In this document: in pieces, positions 26,030 through 29,205 of the stretch
How the letters are laid out: every line of letters begins with the position of its first letter
Position numbering within the stretch: position 1 is the stretch's first letter
Source of the DNA: Planctomycetota bacterium
GTDB taxonomy: Bacteria > Planctomycetota > UBA8108
Direction of reading: 5' to 3'
Length of the DNA stretch: 29,205 bases
Assembly (NCBI GenBank): GCA_022451445.1
Contig: JAKUSY010000005.1
Location: forward strand, 1 to 29,205
Position numbers and translations under genes: made by a program
The notes under the pieces: generated by a model
The model's database searches: none
What the model saw: only the letters and a program-made list of their open reading frames with translations
Told to the model about the DNA's origin: nothing

Positions 26030-26974
26030 TCAGCCGATCCCGTGGCGCTCCAGGATTTCCTCGAGTCTCGCCTTGTTTGAGCTGGCGGTAACGGAGCCCG
26101 TCTGCTGAACGCAGAGGGTCCCCAGTTCACAGCCGAGCTGCGCACACTCGAGAGGATCCAGTCCGTTCATCCTGCCGGCGAGGAAGGCCCCGACAAAGTT
26201 GTCCCCGGCTCCGCAGGTGTCGACCGCCCTTACCTGCGCGGCTGGAATATCTTCAACCCGGCCGTCCCAGGACACGGCCGCGCCGCGGTCTCCCCTCTTG
26301 ATCACCGCGATCTCGACGCCCATGTCGCGCAGGCAGGCAAGCATATCGCCGAGATTGTCACGGCCGGTGACGGCCGCCGCCTCGTGCTCGTTCGGAAAGA
26401 CCATATCGGCAAGTCCCAGGAGGGGGGCGTGGGCCTCGGCGGGATCTTCCAGGCGCCCCGGGGCGTCCTGCGGGACGAAGACATCGAGGCTGAGCTCAGC
26501 GCCGGCTTTCTTGAGCGCTTCGGCCGCCTCCAGGCAGGGGCCGGGCCAGAAAGCTCCGAGCAGTTCCGGCGCCGCCATGTGAAAAACCTTCCAGGAGGTC
26601 TCCAGGGCGGCTGCCGGCATTTCCCAGGCGTCATTGCTGCCGCCGTAGTGGACGAAGCTGCGCTCCCCGTCCTGGTCGTTGAGCACCAGGGTTACCGGGG
26701 CTCCGCAATCCTCCCTGGGAGCGAGCAGGGAGAGGTCGATGCCGTCGGCCTCGAGAGATTGCCGCAGGTGACGGCCGAAGATGTCATCGCCAAGCACGCC
26801 GGCGAGGGCGGTCGAGACGCCGAGCCGGGCCGCGGTGACAGCCGTATTGGCTCCATTTCCCCCGAGCTCGACCCTGGGTCGGGGAATCCTCTCGATTCCC
26901 CCCGCCGGAGGCGGCTCGTGCGGCGGGATGTAGAGATCCGCGCAGCAGTTTCCAATGATGGCCAGCCTTGGCAT
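26030..26974 (-). CDS. PfkB/ribokinase-family carbohydrate kinase
   Basis: LGGNGANTAVTAARLG, GVLGDDIFG, FPNEHE, VIKRGDRGA and AVDTCGAGDNFVGAF. Confidence 0.93.
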   Translation of the reverse strand: MPRLAIIGNCCADLYIPPHEPPPAGGIERIPRPRVELGGNGANTAVTAARLGVSTALAGVLGDDIFGRHLRQSLEADGIDLSLLAPREDCGAPVTLVLNDQDGERSFVHYGGSNDAWEMPAAALETSWKVFHMAAPELLGAFWPGPCLEAAEALKKAGAELSLDVFVPQDAPGRLEDPAEAHAPLLGLADMVFPNEHEAAAVTGRDNLGDMLACLRDMGVEIAVIKRGDRGAAVSWDGRVEDIPAAQVRAVDTCGAGDNFVGAFLAGRMNGLDPLECAQLGCELGTLCVQQTGSVTASSNKARLEEILERHGIG

Positions 26975-28179
26975 CAGCGAACCTTCTTTTCACTCTTCTT
27001 GACGGCGGTGATCACGGCATCCGCGAAGGCCCTGCGAACCTCGGAGATCTTCCTGTTCTTGCGGGAAGGATGCACCCTGTTGCTCAGGAGAATCATGTAG
27101 AGATCCCTCTCCGGGTCGATCCAGATCGATGTTCCCGTGAAGCCCGTATGACCGAAGGATTTTTTCCCGGCGAGGTCTCCCGCCGAGCTCTTCTCGGAGG
27201 GGGTATCCCAGCCGAGCGCCCTGCTGGAGCCCTTGGGAGAGTCCTTGCGGCCTGTGAAATTACGGATGATTCCGCTGTTGAGCTTATTGCTCTTTCCCTT
27301 GAGGGCGAGAAGCAGCTCACGGCAGAGCAGCTCCAGGTCAGCGGTGGTTGAGAAGAGTCCCGCATGGCCGGTGACTCCATCTCCTGCCCGCGCGTTTTCG
27401 TCGTGGACCTTCCCGTGGATGTATTTTTTCGTTTCCTCATCGAGCTCCGTGGGGGCGATCTTCTTTCTCAGCGCGGCCGCTGGGTTCCGCAGGGTCTCTC
27501 TCATGCCCAGTGGATCGAAGACCAGTTTTTTCTCGAGTGTCGCGAGAGGCTTTCCGCCGGCCTTCGCGACGACCTCTCCAAGCAGGATGAAGCCGAGGTC
27601 GCTGTAGCGGTAGCTGGTGCCGGGCGCGGTCTCGAGCGGAGTCGCCAGGATGATCTTCAGCAGCGCCTTGTAGCTCGAGCAGCTCTCAAAGAGGGGCCTC
27701 CAGCTCGGCAGGCCCGAGGTGTGAAGGAGGAGTTGCTCAACGGTCACCTTCTCCTTCAGGGCCCGCTCCTTCTTTTTCAGCGAGGCGGGGGCGAAGCCGG
27801 GCAGGTATTTCGAGACCTTGTCTCCAAGCGACAGTTTTTTTCGCTGGATGAGCGCGGCGACCACGGAGGTCGTTCCGACGACCTTGGTCAGGGATGCGAG
27901 ATCGTAGAGGGTCCCGGGTCCGGGGTTCGCCGCGGCCGGAAGGGAGAGCTTTCCGGCGGTCTTGCCATCGAGGGCGAGGGTTCCGAAACCGCCGGTCCAG
28001 TAGCTCCCCGAGCTGGAGCCGACCGCGGCCGCGCAGCCCGGGAAGGCCCCGCTCTTGACAGCGGCGGCGAGGAGCTTGTCCACCCCGGAGAAGTCCGGAT
28101 CCCGCCCCGGGCTCATCGAGCATGCGAGGATTGTCGGCAGCATCGCCCATGCCGAGATGTGACGGTGAGAGAGTTTCAT
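26974..28179 (-). CDS. Beta-lactamase-family serine hydrolase, probable lipoprotein
   Basis: YDLASLTK (SxxK), LLLHTSGL, YSDLGF, VHDENA, GHAGLFST, GHTGFTG and LSNRVHP. Lipobox ILAC. TGATG overlap with the kinase gene. Confidence 0.92.
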   Translation of the reverse strand: MKLSHRHISAWAMLPTILACSMSPGRDPDFSGVDKLLAAAVKSGAFPGCAAAVGSSSGSYWTGGFGTLALDGKTAGKLSLPAAANPGPGTLYDLASLTKVVGTTSVVAALIQRKKLSLGDKVSKYLPGFAPASLKKKERALKEKVTVEQLLLHTSGLPSWRPLFESCSSYKALLKIILATPLETAPGTSYRYSDLGFILLGEVVAKAGGKPLATLEKKLVFDPLGMRETLRNPAAALRKKIAPTELDEETKKYIHGKVHDENARAGDGVTGHAGLFSTTADLELLCRELLLALKGKSNKLNSGIIRNFTGRKDSPKGSSRALGWDTPSEKSSAGDLAGKKSFGHTGFTGTSIWIDPERDLYMILLSNRVHPSRKNRKISEVRRAFADAVITAVKKSEKKVR

Positions 28180-28186
28180 GGGAGAT

Positions 28187-28192
28187 ATGATA
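28187..28192 (-). promoter_or_regulatory. Candidate -10 box TATCAT 7 nt upstream of the hydrolase ATG (possible leaderless mRNA)
   Basis: Minus strand reads AAGC-TATCAT-ATCTCCC-ATG, with no Shine-Dalgarno. Confidence 0.45.
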
Positions 28193-28252
28193 GCTTGCGG
28201 GCCCCTAGGCGAACAGGGGCAGGGGGGCTGCGGGCTCTCTTCCGGACTGCTC

Positions 28253-28843
28253 TCAGAGCCCGAGAAATTCTCTGAGGTTGGTTTCGTAGATCTCGTTCGC
28301 CTCGGGGGTGGCCATGTTCAGGCGAAATTCATTGATGACCTTGATCGACATGGCTATCCACTCTTTCCAGCAATCCACGCAGATGTCCTCCTGGACTGCG
28401 GCGCCGAGCTCTCCGGAAAAAGGAGGTTCATCGAGCCCCGGCCGCGCCTTCCTGCAGCGCTTGCAGACGAACTCGCCGGCCTCTATGGCGTCGGTATCCT
28501 CGGCGGAGGTGAGGGCTGGCGGCTCGATTCCGTATTCCTTGAGCAGGCCGCACATGGCATCCCGCGGCATGAACTCACCGCGTTCGTGGGCCAGGATGAT
28601 CGAGGCCTCGAGCAGCTCGATGGCTTCGGGCTTTCTTCCCAGCGCCAGCAGGGATTCGCCGAGGAACTGCCGCGCAACACTGTGGTCGTGGTTGAGCTCG
28701 AGGCAGCACTTCAGCGAGGCCTCGGCTTCCTCTAGTCGGCCGGCCTCCTTGTAGAGCTTTCCCAGGCTGAAGTGGGCCAGCTCGTTTCCAGGATCTGATT
28801 CAGCCATGCTCCTGAAGAGCTCGATCTTGTCTTCGTTTTCCAT
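28253..28843 (-). CDS. TPR domain fused to YggX-like Fe(II)-trafficking/Fe-S protection domain
   Basis: N-terminal TPR helices (DPGNELAHFSLGKLY). C-terminal PPFSGELG..ICVDCWKEWI..KVINEFRLN..FL is YggX-type. Start moved to ATG 28843. Confidence 0.87.
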   Translation of the reverse strand: MENEDKIELFRSMAESDPGNELAHFSLGKLYKEAGRLEEAEASLKCCLELNHDHSVARQFLGESLLALGRKPEAIELLEASIILAHERGEFMPRDAMCGLLKEYGIEPPALTSAEDTDAIEAGEFVCKRCRKARPGLDEPPFSGELGAAVQEDICVDCWKEWIAMSIKVINEFRLNMATPEANEIYETNLREFLGL

Positions 28844-29180
28844 TTCACTCTCGTCTGCTGGCCGCTTGAATCCGTGCGCTATTGTTTCAGCCGAGAATGT
28901 GCGGTGCAAGGAAAGGATGAGAACGGCGGGAGGCTCGAGAGGGAGCGCCACAGGCGCTCTTCGCATCCGATAAAATGAACCCCGGTCCCCGCTGGGAAGC
29001 GCCACGATGACGTTCAAACCCCGGCAGGAGGCGCCCAGGGGTATCTTGCGCGGTAGACGGGCTCGGCGACGCTCTCAGGAGGCTATTGTAGAGTGTAGAT
29101 GGATAGATTCTGAGGCACTATTCTCTATCTCCTTTCAAAATGGTCGGCGCACTACTTCCCGCAGGCGGAAATCCAGCAAG

Positions 29181-29205
29181 ATGTTGAACAAGAAAGTAGT
29201 TCTTA
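29181..29205 (+). CDS. Possible start of a gene running off the window (MLNKKVVL...)
   Basis: ATG after an AT-richer promoter-like stretch. Only 8 codons are visible. Confidence 0.3.

Noticed and set aside
28844-29017. ORF-track N-terminal extension of the TPR-YggX gene; likewise the extensions at 10679, 13053, 16737, 23008 and 23679
   Set aside because: The extensions are not protein-like. Downstream starts fit signal peptides, RBS or family N-termini better.

Overview
GC-rich bacterial chromosome segment, most likely from an uncultured Planctomycetota. The basis is a planctomycete-type cytochrome c domain, an 'FLRGD' dockerin, a 'W.RFRGPNGSG' PQQ-like propeller, a TPR-YggX fusion and DUF3500. 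I find about 23 CDS and no rRNA, tRNA, CRISPR or mobile element. Contents: (i) a tightly coupled minus-strand operon of GGT, flavin oxidoreductase, Cys-rich radical SAM and a degenerate metallophosphoesterase; (ii) an exported FG-GAP / S1C protease / hypothetical operon; (iii) TIM-barrel epimerase, DedA and a 4xCxxC protein; (iv) a TPR-FG-GAP-ASPIC/UnbV lipoprotein, a cytochrome c lipoprotein, a membrane hypothetical and a PQQ-like propeller; (v) PfkA, a matrixin-IPT-cohesin-dockerin protein with a small partner, a second radical SAM, DUF3500, PfkB kinase, a beta-lactamase-family hydrolase and TPR-YggX. The standout signal is that otherwise intact plus-strand genes each carry one in-frame TAG (16082, 19623 and 23684 clearly, 18364 probably), with coding sequence continuing in the same frame and a Lys (AAG) fitting each site. 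TAG also serves as a real stop elsewhere. This suggests amber readthrough or recoding (pyrrolysine- or suppressor-like), but a strand-biased sequence artefact or edit is not excluded, and no suppressor tRNA or pyl gene is in the window.
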